NCBI GenBank assembly: GCA_019745565.1 | Contig: JAIESW010000024.1 | Location: 129 to 64,128 of the forward strand | DNA from: Burkholderiales bacterium | GTDB lineage: Bacteria > Pseudomonadota > Gammaproteobacteria > Burkholderiales > Ga0077523 | Reading direction: 5' to 3' | Length of the DNA stretch: 64,000 nucleotides | Part shown: positions 18,058 through 26,700 of the stretch, piece by piece | Position numbering within the stretch: the first letter of the stretch is position 1 | How the letters are laid out: every line of letters starts with the position of its first letter | Translations under genes and position numbers: made by a program | The notes under the pieces: model-generated | What the model was told of the DNA's origin: nothing | What the model saw: only the letters and a program-made list of their open reading frames with translations | Database searches by the model: none

Positions 18058-19338
18058 TTACATCAGCTTCATCTTCCCGCCTGCCGGAATGGCCGGTGCC
18101 TGGGAGTTGTTGACGATCACAAGGTCGTACTTGTTCTTCGTCCCCTTGACCCACTGCCCCAGCACGAGCGGCGTCTTGCTCACGTTCTTGAACGGGCCCC
18201 CGCCGCCCCACTTCACGTCGCCGACTACGGTCTTCAGGTTGGTCGCGGCGACTGCGTCGCGCAGCGACGCGGCATCACCGGGATCCTTGGCGCGCTTCAA
18301 TGCGTCCACGGCTACCTCGAACAGCGCGTGCGCGAACCCGATCGGCTGGGTCCACTGCTTCTTGGTCGCGCCTTCATAGGAATCGGCGAGTGCCTTCGCA
18401 CTTTGCTTCGTGAGCGAAGAGGTGAACGGATGCGACGGTGACCACCATACTTCCGTGGTGAGTCCGTCGCCGAGATCGCCGAGTGCCTCGATGGCGGCGG
18501 GGAACAGCAGCGCCTTGCCGAGCGTCACCACCTTGGGCTTGAAGCCCTGCTGCTTCGCCTGGGTGAGGAAGGTCTTCGCATCCGGCGGGATCACGACGCC
18601 TGTGACGATCTCGACGTTGTCCTTCTTGAACGCCGCGATCTGCGCGGAGAAGTCGTTGTTCATGTTCTGGAAGCGGCCCGGGTCGGTGAGGCTGTAGCCC
18701 TCCTTCGACAGCGGTCCGGGGAAGCCGCGCTCCTTGTCGCCCCACGCGTTGCCGTCGCCGTCGTTGGGGAACAGGCCGCCCACTTTCTTGTTGGTCGGCA
18801 CCGAGTTCCAGCCGGCGAGGAAGTTGGCGATGACGTCCTCGAGACCCCAGAAGATGTGATAGGTCCAGGTGAAGCCCTTGGCCGGATCGCCCTTGCGGCC
18901 GAAGAACCACGGCTGCCACGGCACGACGGTGGAGATGCACGGGATCTCGTTCAGTTCGCACGCGTCCGACACCGGGTTCGCGGTTTCGGGCGTGGACGAG
19001 ACCAGCATCAGGTGGACCTTGTCCTTGAGGATGAGGTCGTTCGCCACTTCGCCGGCGCGGTTCGGGTTGGACTGGCTGTCCTTCTGGATGATCCTGACCG
19101 GTACCCTCTTGCCGCCGAGATCGAGGCCGCCGCCGAACAGCTTGTTCATCTGTTCGATCGTGAACTTGTCGGCTTCGCCGAAGGGTGCGAGCGGGCCGGT
19201 CTGCGGCGACACGAAGCCGATCTTGATCTCCTTCACGTCCGCGAACACGAGGTTCGGCATGCCGAGTGCTGCGGCGCCGGCGGCGATCCCGCCGGCCTGG
19301 ATCAGCGCGCGACGGCGCTGGAAGCTTGGGTTGCTCAT
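18058..19338 (-). CDS. HAAT-family periplasmic substrate-binding protein with twin-arginine-like signal
   Basis: Starts MSNPSFQRRRALIQAGGIAAGAAALGMPNLVFA. LivK-like fold length (about 426 aa). First gene of the transporter block. Confidence 0.85.
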   Translation of the reverse strand: MSNPSFQRRRALIQAGGIAAGAAALGMPNLVFADVKEIKIGFVSPQTGPLAPFGEADKFTIEQMNKLFGGGLDLGGKRVPVRIIQKDSQSNPNRAGEVANDLILKDKVHLMLVSSTPETANPVSDACELNEIPCISTVVPWQPWFFGRKGDPAKGFTWTYHIFWGLEDVIANFLAGWNSVPTNKKVGGLFPNDGDGNAWGDKERGFPGPLSKEGYSLTDPGRFQNMNNDFSAQIAAFKKDNVEIVTGVVIPPDAKTFLTQAKQQGFKPKVVTLGKALLFPAAIEALGDLGDGLTTEVWWSPSHPFTSSLTKQSAKALADSYEGATKKQWTQPIGFAHALFEVAVDALKRAKDPGDAASLRDAVAATNLKTVVGDVKWGGGGPFKNVSKTPLVLGQWVKGTKNKYDLVIVNNSQAPAIPAGGKMKLM

Positions 19339-19407
19339 GTCTGTTGCTCCTCCTTCTGGTTGTGACTGCTCTTGTTGCGGTGACAAGGCTTCTCTCGTTG
19401 CGGCGAG

Positions 19408-20469
19408 TCAGTTCGGACGCTTGCCCTCCCAGGCGTCTTGCAGCAGCTGGCGGATGGCGCCGCGTTCGATCGGGCGCGGATTCCAGTAAACGTTGGTGGT
19501 GGCGAGCTCGGCGGCGCGGTCCAGACCGTCCGCGGGCATGCCGATGTCCTTGAGCGCCGTCGGTGCACCGAGGCGTTGCGCCAGATCGAAGACGCCGCGG
19601 GCCGCGCTCGACTCGTTGCCCATTGCCGCGACGATCCGTGTCATCGCTTCCGAGGCAGCGGGCGCGTTGTAGGCGAGCGCGTGCGGCAGCACGATGGTGT
19701 GGGTTTCGGCATGGGGCAGATTGAAAGTGCCACCCAGCGTGTGACACAGCTTGTGGTGCAGCGACATGCCGACCGACCCCAACACGGCGCCGCACAGCCA
19801 GGCGCCGTACAGGCAGTGGCTGCGAGCATCGCTATCGCCTGGCGACGCGACGACCCGTGGCAGACCCGTCGCGAGCGCGCGGATGCCTTCCTCAGCGAGC
19901 AGCGAGTGGATCGGGTCCGCATCCTGCGCATAGAGACCTTCGGCGGCGTGGGCGATCGCGTTGATGCCGCTCGTCACGGACAGACCCACCGGGAGTCCGA
20001 GGGTGAGATTCGGGTCGTAGATCACCGTCTGCGGCAGCACACGCGGATCGCGCCCGGTCTTCTTGACCCCGCCTTCGGTGATGCCCCAGATCGGCGTCAT
20101 CTCCGAGCCGGCATAGGTGGTGGGAATGGCGAGAATCGGCAGCGTCGATTCCAGCGCGATCGCCTTGCCCAGGCCCGTGGTGGAGCCGCCGCCGATGGCG
20201 ACGGCGCAATCGGCGCCGACTTTCGTGGCTTCCGCGCGCGCGGCGCGGGCGGTCTCGATCGGCACGTGCATCACGGCGCGGTCGAACACGCCGGCGCAGC
20301 GGGTGCCGAGGCGCTCCGCGATCATCTCCGCGGACACGCGTTGCTCGGGCGTGGAAAGCACCAGCGCGCGCTTGGCACCGAGCAGATCCACCTCGCGCTC
20401 GAGTTGCTGCAGGCAGCCGGCACCGAACACGACGCGCGGGATGCGCGCCTGGAAGACGAAGGGGCTCAC
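19408..20469 (-). CDS. maleylacetate reductase (iron-containing alcohol dehydrogenase family)
   Basis: About 353 aa. Motifs AIGGGSTTGLGKAIA and HKLCHTLGGTFNLPHAETH. GTG start overlaps the pcaJ stop (GTGA). Confidence 0.85.
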   Translation of the reverse strand: MSPFVFQARIPRVVFGAGCLQQLEREVDLLGAKRALVLSTPEQRVSAEMIAERLGTRCAGVFDRAVMHVPIETARAARAEATKVGADCAVAIGGGSTTGLGKAIALESTLPILAIPTTYAGSEMTPIWGITEGGVKKTGRDPRVLPQTVIYDPNLTLGLPVGLSVTSGINAIAHAAEGLYAQDADPIHSLLAEEGIRALATGLPRVVASPGDSDARSHCLYGAWLCGAVLGSVGMSLHHKLCHTLGGTFNLPHAETHTIVLPHALAYNAPAASEAMTRIVAAMGNESSAARGVFDLAQRLGAPTALKDIGMPADGLDRAAELATTNVYWNPRPIERGAIRQLLQDAWEGKRPN

Positions 20470-21122
20470 GCAGGCAGCGCTTCGGAAGCGTGCAGCAGCG
20501 GCACGCCCGTCAGGCGTTGCAATTCGTCGAACGGGAGGCCGTCGACGCACTCCACCACCTTCAGCCCTTGAGGCGTGACGTCGATCACCGCGAGGTCGGT
20601 GTAGATGCGATTGACGCAGCCGATGCCGGTCAGCGGATAGGTGCAGCGCTCGACGATCTTGCTCTCGCCGCTCTTGGTCTGGTGCTCCATCATCACGTAG
20701 ACCTGCTTCGCGCCGATGGCGAGGTCCATCGCGCCGCCGACCGCGGGAATGGCGTCGGGGCCGCCCGTGTGCCAGTTGGCGAGATCGCCGGTCACCGATA
20801 CCTGGAACGCGCCGAGCACGCAGACGTCCAGATGGCCGCCGCGCATCATCGCGAACGAGTCGCCGTGGTGGAAATAGCAGCCGCCGGTGAGCAGCGTGAC
20901 CGGCTGCTTGCCGGCGTTGATGAGATCCGGGTCCTCCTCGCCTTCGGCCGGCGCGGGGCCCATGCCGAGCAGACCGTTTTCGCTGTGCAGGAAGATCTCG
21001 CGATCCTTCGGGAGGTGGTTGGCCACCAGCGTCGGCAGGCCGATGCCGAGATTCACGTAGGCACCTTCGCGGATGTCGCGCGCGACGCGGGCGGCGATCT
21101 GATCACGAGTGAGTCGCTTCAT
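20466..21122 (-). CDS. pcaJ: 3-oxoadipate CoA-transferase subunit B
   Basis: 218 aa. MKRLTRDQIAARVARDI… and SENGLLGMGP with the catalytic Glu motif of family I CoA-transferase beta subunits. Confidence 0.88.
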   Translation of the reverse strand: MKRLTRDQIAARVARDIREGAYVNLGIGLPTLVANHLPKDREIFLHSENGLLGMGPAPAEGEEDPDLINAGKQPVTLLTGGCYFHHGDSFAMMRGGHLDVCVLGAFQVSVTGDLANWHTGGPDAIPAVGGAMDLAIGAKQVYVMMEHQTKSGESKIVERCTYPLTGIGCVNRIYTDLAVIDVTPQGLKVVECVDGLPFDELQRLTGVPLLHASEALPA

Positions 21123-21147
21123 GTCGTTGCTCCTTCTCCGCGGGAAG

Positions 21148-21837
21148 TCACGCGACAGCGCGGGCGCCGGACGGCGCGGCCACCTGCACGACCCGTTGCA
21201 CGAAGATGCCGGGCGTGATCACGGTTTCGGGATCGAGTGCGCCGAGCGGTACCACTTCCGATACCTGCGCGATGGCGCACTTCGCCGCGCTGGCCATGAT
21301 CGGACCGAAGTTGCGCGCGGTCTTGCGATACACGAGGTTGCCCCAGCGATCGCCCTTCAGTGCCTTGATCAGTGCGAAGTCCGCGTGGATCGGGTACTCA
21401 AGCACGTAGGGACGCCCATCGATGATGCGGGTCTCCTTGCCTTCGGCGAGTTGCGTGCCGTAGCCCGTCGGCGTGAAGAACGCGCCGATGCCCGCACCGG
21501 CCGCGCGAATGCGCTCCGCGAGATTGCCCTGCGGTACCAGTTCGAGCTCGATGTCGCCGGCGCGGTAAAGCCCGTCGAAGACCTGCGAGTCCACCTGACG
21601 CGGGAACGAACAGATGATCTTGCGCACCCGGCGCGCCTTGAGCAGTGCCGCGAGGCCGACCTCGCCGTTGCCGGCGTTGTTGTTGACGATGGTGAGGTCC
21701 TTGGCGCCCTGCACGATGAGTGCGTCGATCAGCTCGGCAGGCTGCCCCGCGGCACCGAAGCCGCCGATCATGACGGTGGCGCCGTCGAAGACATCGGCGA
21801 CGGCGGCGTCGAGGGATGGGACGGTTTTGTCGATCAT
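21148..21837 (-). CDS. pcaI: 3-oxoadipate CoA-transferase subunit A
   Basis: Starts MIDKTVPSLDAAVADVFDGATVMIGGFG, the typical alpha-subunit N-terminus. The track ORF extends into a REP element. Confidence 0.88.
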   Translation of the reverse strand: MIDKTVPSLDAAVADVFDGATVMIGGFGAAGQPAELIDALIVQGAKDLTIVNNNAGNGEVGLAALLKARRVRKIICSFPRQVDSQVFDGLYRAGDIELELVPQGNLAERIRAAGAGIGAFFTPTGYGTQLAEGKETRIIDGRPYVLEYPIHADFALIKALKGDRWGNLVYRKTARNFGPIMASAAKCAIAQVSEVVPLGALDPETVITPGIFVQRVVQVAAPSGARAVA

Positions 21838-21874
21838 GGGTGCGAGAGTCCTGTTTGTCTTGCCGGGCCGCGTT

Positions 21875-21964
21875 GCCCCCACCCTAGCCCTCCCCCGGCA
21901 GAGCCGGGGGAGGGGATGTACGCCCCTTCCCCCACCGCAGGTGGGGGAAGGTTGGGATGGGGGC
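21875..21964. repeat. REP-like nested palindromic element, copy 4 (inverted orientation)
   Basis: Its reverse complement is near-identical to copy 2. Sits between the ALDH stop and the pcaI start. Confidence 0.9.
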
Positions 21965-21979
21965 AGGCGATATCAGGCG

Positions 21980-23449
21980 TCATCGCGGGTAGTAAGGCGG
22001 AATCTGCGCATCCACATTCACCCAGACGCTCTTCGCCTGGGTGTACTCCCGCATCACTTCGAACCCCATCTCCCGCCCGTATCCGGAACTCCCGGTCCCG
22101 CCGAACGGTGACGCAGGGTTCACCCGCTTGTAGCAGTTGATCCACACCATCCCGCTTTTCATCTCTCTCGCGAACTTGTGCGCACGCTGCAGGTTCGTCG
22201 TCCACAACCCGCCGCCCAGCCCATACTCGGTGCCGTTCGCGATGGCCAGCGCTTCCTCGTCGGTCTTGAACGTCGTGACGGTCACGAACGGCCCGAACAC
22301 TTCCTCCTGCGACACGCGATCGGTCGGCTTCGCGCGCACGATGGTCGGTTCGACGTAGCAGCCTTTCGACAGCTCGGCGCGCGCGGGCGGCTTGCCGCCG
22401 AGCAGCACCTGCCCGCCCTGCTCCTGCGCCACCTGTACGTATGACAGCACGCGATCGCGATGCCCGGTCGACGTGAGCGGACCCATCTCGGTGCCCGGCT
22501 CCACCGGATTGCCGAGCTTGATGGACTTCGCCAGCCCGATGAACTTCTCCAGGAACTCATCGGCGATTTTCTCGTGCAGCACCAGGCGCGAGCCGGCGAT
22601 GCAAGCCTGGCCCTGGTTGTGGAAGATCGCGAAGGCGGCACCGCCGACCGCAGCAGGAATGAACGCATCCTCGAACACGATGTTCGCACCCTTGCCGCCC
22701 AACTCGAGTTGCACCTTCTTCAGGTTGCCGGCCGAGGCCTGCACGATGCGCCTACCCACGGCAGTGGAGCCGGTGAACGCGATCTTGGCGATCTCGGGAT
22801 GCTCGGCGATGTATTGGCCCGCGACTTGACCGAGTCCCGGCACGATGTTGACCACGCCCTCGGGAAAGCCCACTTCCGCCATCAGCTGCGCGATCTTGAG
22901 ACTGGACAGCGGCGTGAGCTCCGCCGGCTTCATCACCACGCAGTTGCCGGCCGCGAGCGCCGGAGCCATCTTCCAGCTCGTGAACATGAGCGGAAAATTC
23001 CACGGCACCACCTGCCCCACCACGCCGAGCGGCTCGCGCAGCATGTAGTTGAGGAAGCCCGCTTCCACCGGAATCACGGAACCTTCCAGCTTGTCGGCCA
23101 TGCCGCCGAAATAGCGGAACGTCACCGCGGTCCGCGGCACGTCGAGGCCGCGGGTATCGCGCAGCGGGTGGCCGGTGTCGAGCGATTCGAGCAGCGCCAG
23201 TTCCTCGGCCTTCTCCTCGATCCTGTCGGCGAGCTTGAGGATGAGCCGGCCGCGATCCATCGCCGCCATGCGGCTCCACTTCGGGAATGCGGCTTTGGCG
23301 GCGGCGACGGCCTTGTCGATGTCGGCCTTGCCCGCCATGGCGACTTCGGCGAGCGTGCTGTTGTCGTGCGGGTTGACCGTCGCGAGCGTCGCACCGTCCT
23401 CGGCGGGAACGAACTTGCCGGCGATGAAGAGCTTGTCCTGGATTTCCAT
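21980..23449 (-). CDS. NAD(P)-dependent aldehyde dehydrogenase, probable 4-hydroxymuconic semialdehyde dehydrogenase
   Basis: 489 aa from MEIQDKLFIAGKFV. ALDH motifs ELGGKG and catalytic Cys region NQGQACIAGSR. Position between the hydroquinone dioxygenase genes and the maleylacetate-processing genes. Confidence 0.8.
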   Translation of the reverse strand: MEIQDKLFIAGKFVPAEDGATLATVNPHDNSTLAEVAMAGKADIDKAVAAAKAAFPKWSRMAAMDRGRLILKLADRIEEKAEELALLESLDTGHPLRDTRGLDVPRTAVTFRYFGGMADKLEGSVIPVEAGFLNYMLREPLGVVGQVVPWNFPLMFTSWKMAPALAAGNCVVMKPAELTPLSSLKIAQLMAEVGFPEGVVNIVPGLGQVAGQYIAEHPEIAKIAFTGSTAVGRRIVQASAGNLKKVQLELGGKGANIVFEDAFIPAAVGGAAFAIFHNQGQACIAGSRLVLHEKIADEFLEKFIGLAKSIKLGNPVEPGTEMGPLTSTGHRDRVLSYVQVAQEQGGQVLLGGKPPARAELSKGCYVEPTIVRAKPTDRVSQEEVFGPFVTVTTFKTDEEALAIANGTEYGLGGGLWTTNLQRAHKFAREMKSGMVWINCYKRVNPASPFGGTGSSGYGREMGFEVMREYTQAKSVWVNVDAQIPPYYPR

Positions 23450-23456
23450 GGTTCGT

Positions 23457-23855
23457 TCAGTCCGCGATGCGCACGCGGCCGTCCTCGATCGTGAGCGGCA
23501 CCGCCAACAGAGAGTCACCCTCGCAGGGACCATCCTCGCAGTAGCCATCTTCGAAGCGGAACGTCGCGCAGTGCACCGAGCAATAGAGGTAGCTGTGCTC
23601 GAACAGCGTGAAGCGATCGGGGGCCACGTTGAGCGGGACGCCGAAGTGCGGGCACTTGTTGAGATAACCCCACACCGCGTCGCCGGAACGCAGCACCACC
23701 AGCCGGAACGTGTCGTGCCCTTCGCCGAAGTTGAACTCGCGCGCGCCGCCGTCCGGCACGTGCTCGAGTGCGCACAACACCGTGCCCGCCGCCGGCGCGA
23801 AGGGGCGCTCGGTCCAGTGCGGCACGGGGTTCGGCAGTTCCATCGGGGCGTTCAT
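23457..23855 (-). CDS. small Rieske [2Fe-2S] domain protein
   Basis: 132 aa. Cluster ligands CPH(F) …21 aa… CSVH. No oxygenase catalytic domain. Confidence 0.8.
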   Translation of the reverse strand: MNAPMELPNPVPHWTERPFAPAAGTVLCALEHVPDGGAREFNFGEGHDTFRLVVLRSGDAVWGYLNKCPHFGVPLNVAPDRFTLFEHSYLYCSVHCATFRFEDGYCEDGPCEGDSLLAVPLTIEDGRVRIAD

Positions 23856-23923
23856 GGGGTGAGGGAGGGCGTCCGGACCGCTCGAAGCCGTGCGGTCCGT
23901 TCCTCCTGAGCTTGCGCGGTCGC

Positions 23924-24946
23924 CTAGAACTCGACCGGGTAGGGCTTGAGCTTCCCGCTCTCGTAGAGCTGGGGCAGGTCCATCCGCGCGTTCTCCCACA
24001 CCAGCAGCATCGAACGCTTGGTGGCGAAGCCCTGGTGACGGATGTCGGCCGGCATCGCGGCGACGTCGCCGGCTTTCATCAGCACGCGCGCGCGCGGCTT
24101 GCCGGTTTCCTTGTCCGAGACGTCCCACTCGATCTCGTCGGAGAGCTGGATGAACCACTCCACGCGATCGTTGCCGTGGATGATCGGCAGGATGTACTCC
24201 TCGGTGGTCGGACAGTACAGCGATTCGCGGCACACCGAAGTGACCGACGGATTCCACGTGACGTCGGACCGGCTGAGGTACTTGAACAGGTTGAAGCCGT
24301 GCAGCTTGCCTTCGAAGCCGGGCTCGACTTCGATCACCGGTTCGTCCTGAGCCACGTCGGCGAAGGCGCGATTCACCGGGAGATCATCGCGCAGCGGCGA
24401 ATCCCCCGGCAGGCCGGGCATGCGCTTGGTCGCGACGCGCGAGCGCTCGATCGCTTCGAGGTTGTCCCCGCTCTTGGTACCGGCCCACGTCTTGCCGGTC
24501 TCCTCCGGTGCGGCGAACGGATCGAAGCCGGCGTTGCACCAGTCCTTCAGGATCGCCTTGCAGGTCGCCATGGCGATCGGCGAGTCGAACTCCTCGACGT
24601 AGGAAAGACCGGCCTGGTGGTACGCCGGGTTGTAGCGACCGGCGAAGAACTCCACGCGGCCGTACAGGTTGCGGCTGCCGAACATGCCGTCGAAGTTGAC
24701 GAGGCCGTAGAAGAAGCCCCATGCGACGTCGCGCATCAGCGCGCGCAGGAAGGCATCGGCGGACATGCGATGCTGCATCGGCCCCTGCTTCGTGGGCCAG
24801 GTGACGGTGACGAAGTACTCGTCGCGCTGGAAATGGAACTTGCCCAGATCGAACTGGCGGAAGCCGGTCTTCGCATCGGGCTCGCTCGCCTGGACGGCGG
24901 GCTGCGGACGGGCGGCAGGTTTTGCAGCGGTTTCGAGCATGGCCAT
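23924..24946 (-). CDS. hydroquinone 1,2-dioxygenase large subunit (HapD/PnpD-type), putative
   Basis: 340 aa (about 38 kDa), directly after a 164-aa partner. Sizes and gene order match the two-subunit Fe(II) hydroquinone dioxygenases, followed by ALDH and maleylacetate reductase. Identity is recalled, not searched. Confidence 0.65.
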   Translation of the reverse strand: MAMLETAAKPAARPQPAVQASEPDAKTGFRQFDLGKFHFQRDEYFVTVTWPTKQGPMQHRMSADAFLRALMRDVAWGFFYGLVNFDGMFGSRNLYGRVEFFAGRYNPAYHQAGLSYVEEFDSPIAMATCKAILKDWCNAGFDPFAAPEETGKTWAGTKSGDNLEAIERSRVATKRMPGLPGDSPLRDDLPVNRAFADVAQDEPVIEVEPGFEGKLHGFNLFKYLSRSDVTWNPSVTSVCRESLYCPTTEEYILPIIHGNDRVEWFIQLSDEIEWDVSDKETGKPRARVLMKAGDVAAMPADIRHQGFATKRSMLLVWENARMDLPQLYESGKLKPYPVEF

Positions 24947-24961
24947 GGTTGATTGCTCCGA

Positions 24962-25456
24962 TCAGTGCGCGCAGATCTCGGCCCACTTCTGGACCGTGAG
25001 ATCGCCGGCGATGGTCTGCTGGATCATCACCGACGGCCTGGCCGCGGTGAACTGGTAGGCGGCACCCTTGGGCAGCAATGCCTGATGGCCGCGTTTGAGA
25101 TGAATGCGGCCCATCTTGCGACCCGACGGCGCACCGGACAGCTTCACGGTGCCGTCCTTGCCGGCGGGCACTGAAGCATCCGCGAGTTCCACGAAGGACA
25201 CGGTGACCTCGCCGTCCAGCACGACCACGAACTCGTCATGACCGGCCGTGAACCAGTCGGAGGTTCCTTCGGCGCGAATGGTCTCGATCACGTACTCGAA
25301 GTTCTTCGCGACCGCGACCTTCTCCCACGGCTTCGACTTCGAGGCGACCTCGAACACGTTCGAATAGCAGTAGTACTTCGGGTTGTCGTTGATGATGCTC
25401 AACTTCCCCTTCTCGAACTGCTTCAGGGACCCGAAGACGGTGGTGTATTGCGACAT
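24962..25456 (-). CDS. hydroquinone 1,2-dioxygenase small subunit (HapC/PnpC-type), putative
   Basis: 164 aa from MSQYTTVFGSLKQFEKGK. First gene after the divergent IclR promoter region. Track ORF trimmed. Confidence 0.6.
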   Translation of the reverse strand: MSQYTTVFGSLKQFEKGKLSIINDNPKYYCYSNVFEVASKSKPWEKVAVAKNFEYVIETIRAEGTSDWFTAGHDEFVVVLDGEVTVSFVELADASVPAGKDGTVKLSGAPSGRKMGRIHLKRGHQALLPKGAAYQFTAARPSVMIQQTIAGDLTVQKWAEICAH

Positions 25457-25571
25457 GCTGGCGTTTCCTCCCCATCGATCCCGGACTCGTACGCCCGGGG
25501 CGTTTTCGGTCTGGCCGGCCACCACGCCGACCGCGATCACGGCATCGCCATCGGCCGCGAATTGGTGCAGA

Positions 25572-25677
25572 GTTCGCATTCCGAACGGCTGTTCTTTATT
25601 TGAACGCAGTCTAGGCAGGCGCAAAAATGCCTGTCAAGCTGTTTTTCGATTAGAGAACACATGTTCGTAATTAGAAC
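25572..25677. promoter_or_regulatory. three GTTC-N7-GAAC boxes in the divergent hqd-operon/iclR control region (candidate IclR operators)
   Basis: GTTCGCATTCCGAAC (25572-25586), GTTCTTTATTTGAAC (25591-25605), GTTCGTAATTAGAAC (25663-25677), plus the overlapping GAACACATGTTC (25655-25666). This is the locally most AT-rich stretch of the window. Confidence 0.55.
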
Positions 25678-25714
25678 TTTTGGCGGGTGTCGCGACGCCT
25701 GCGGGTGAGGGGAC

Positions 25715-26536
25715 ATGATGGAAACGGGCGAAGGCCGGGCGGCCGAACTCGAGGAAGGCGGCGAAGGCGATCCGCGGCCGGGCGACGGCTACGTGCAGTC
25801 GTTTGCGCGCGGCCTCGCGGTGATCCGCGCATTCAATGCCGACCGGCCGAGCATGACGCTGTCGGAAGTGGCCGATGCCGCCGGTCTCACGCGTGCGGGC
25901 GCGCGGCGCATCCTGCTGACCCTGGTGCAGCTCGGCTACGTGGCGCTGGACGGCCGCCAGTTCCGGTTGACGGCGCGCATCCTCGATCTGGGCTTCGCCT
26001 ACCTGTCGTCCATGCCGTTCTGGAATCTCGCGGAGCCGATCATGGAGGAGCTCGTCAACGAGGTGCACGAGTCGTGTTCCGCTTCCGTGCTCGACAACGC
26101 GGACATCGTCTACGTCCTGCGCATCCCCACGTCGAAGATCATGACCATCAGCCTCGGGCTCGGCAGTCGGCTGCCGGCGTTCTGCACGTCGATGGGCCGC
26201 GTGCTGCTGGCCGGACTGACCGATGCTGAGATCGACGCGGTCCTGCGCAAATCCGATCTGCGGCCGCGCACCGATCGCACCGTGACCGATCGCGCGGAAC
26301 TGAAGAAGCTGATCTGCGAAGTCCGCGAGAAGGGGTGGGCCATGGTCAACCAGGAACTCGAGGAGGGCCTGGTCTCCATCAGCGCGCCGATCCGCGATCG
26401 CAACGGCCGGATCATCGCGGCTATGAACATCAGCGGCCAGGCGAACCGCACGCCGGCCGCCCAGATGGTGAAGAAGTTCCTGCCGCCGCTGCGCGCCGCG
26501 GCGGATCGGATCAGCGGGTTGTTGCAGCGGCGGTGA
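25715..26536 (+). CDS. IclR-family transcriptional regulator (PcaR/PobR-like)
   Basis: 273 aa. HTH (LSEVADAAGLTRAGARRILLTLVQLGYV) plus the IclR effector domain. Divergent from the aromatic operon. Confidence 0.88.
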   Translation: MMETGEGRAAELEEGGEGDPRPGDGYVQSFARGLAVIRAFNADRPSMTLSEVADAAGLTRAGARRILLTLVQLGYVALDGRQFRLTARILDLGFAYLSSMPFWNLAEPIMEELVNEVHESCSASVLDNADIVYVLRIPTSKIMTISLGLGSRLPAFCTSMGRVLLAGLTDAEIDAVLRKSDLRPRTDRTVTDRAELKKLICEVREKGWAMVNQELEEGLVSISAPIRDRNGRIIAAMNISGQANRTPAAQMVKKFLPPLRAAADRISGLLQRR

Positions 26537-26564
26537 TCGACGCGTCCTGAAAAGGGTTGCAGCG

Positions 26565-26683
26565 GCCCCCATCCCAACCTTCCCCCACGCATGTGCGTGG
26601 GGGAAGGAGTGCCTGCTGTTCGCGATATGCCGATCGGAGGCACTCCTTCCCCCGTCGCAGGCGGGGGAAGGCTGGGATGGGGG
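26565..26683. repeat. REP-like element, copy 5, with extra central hairpin
   Basis: Same terminal arms and G5/C5 hairpins, plus the inserted stem GGAGTGCCT…AGGCACTCC. Sits between the convergent iclR and SDR genes. Confidence 0.85.
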
Positions 26684-26700
26684 AAAACTCCTCCTCGATC

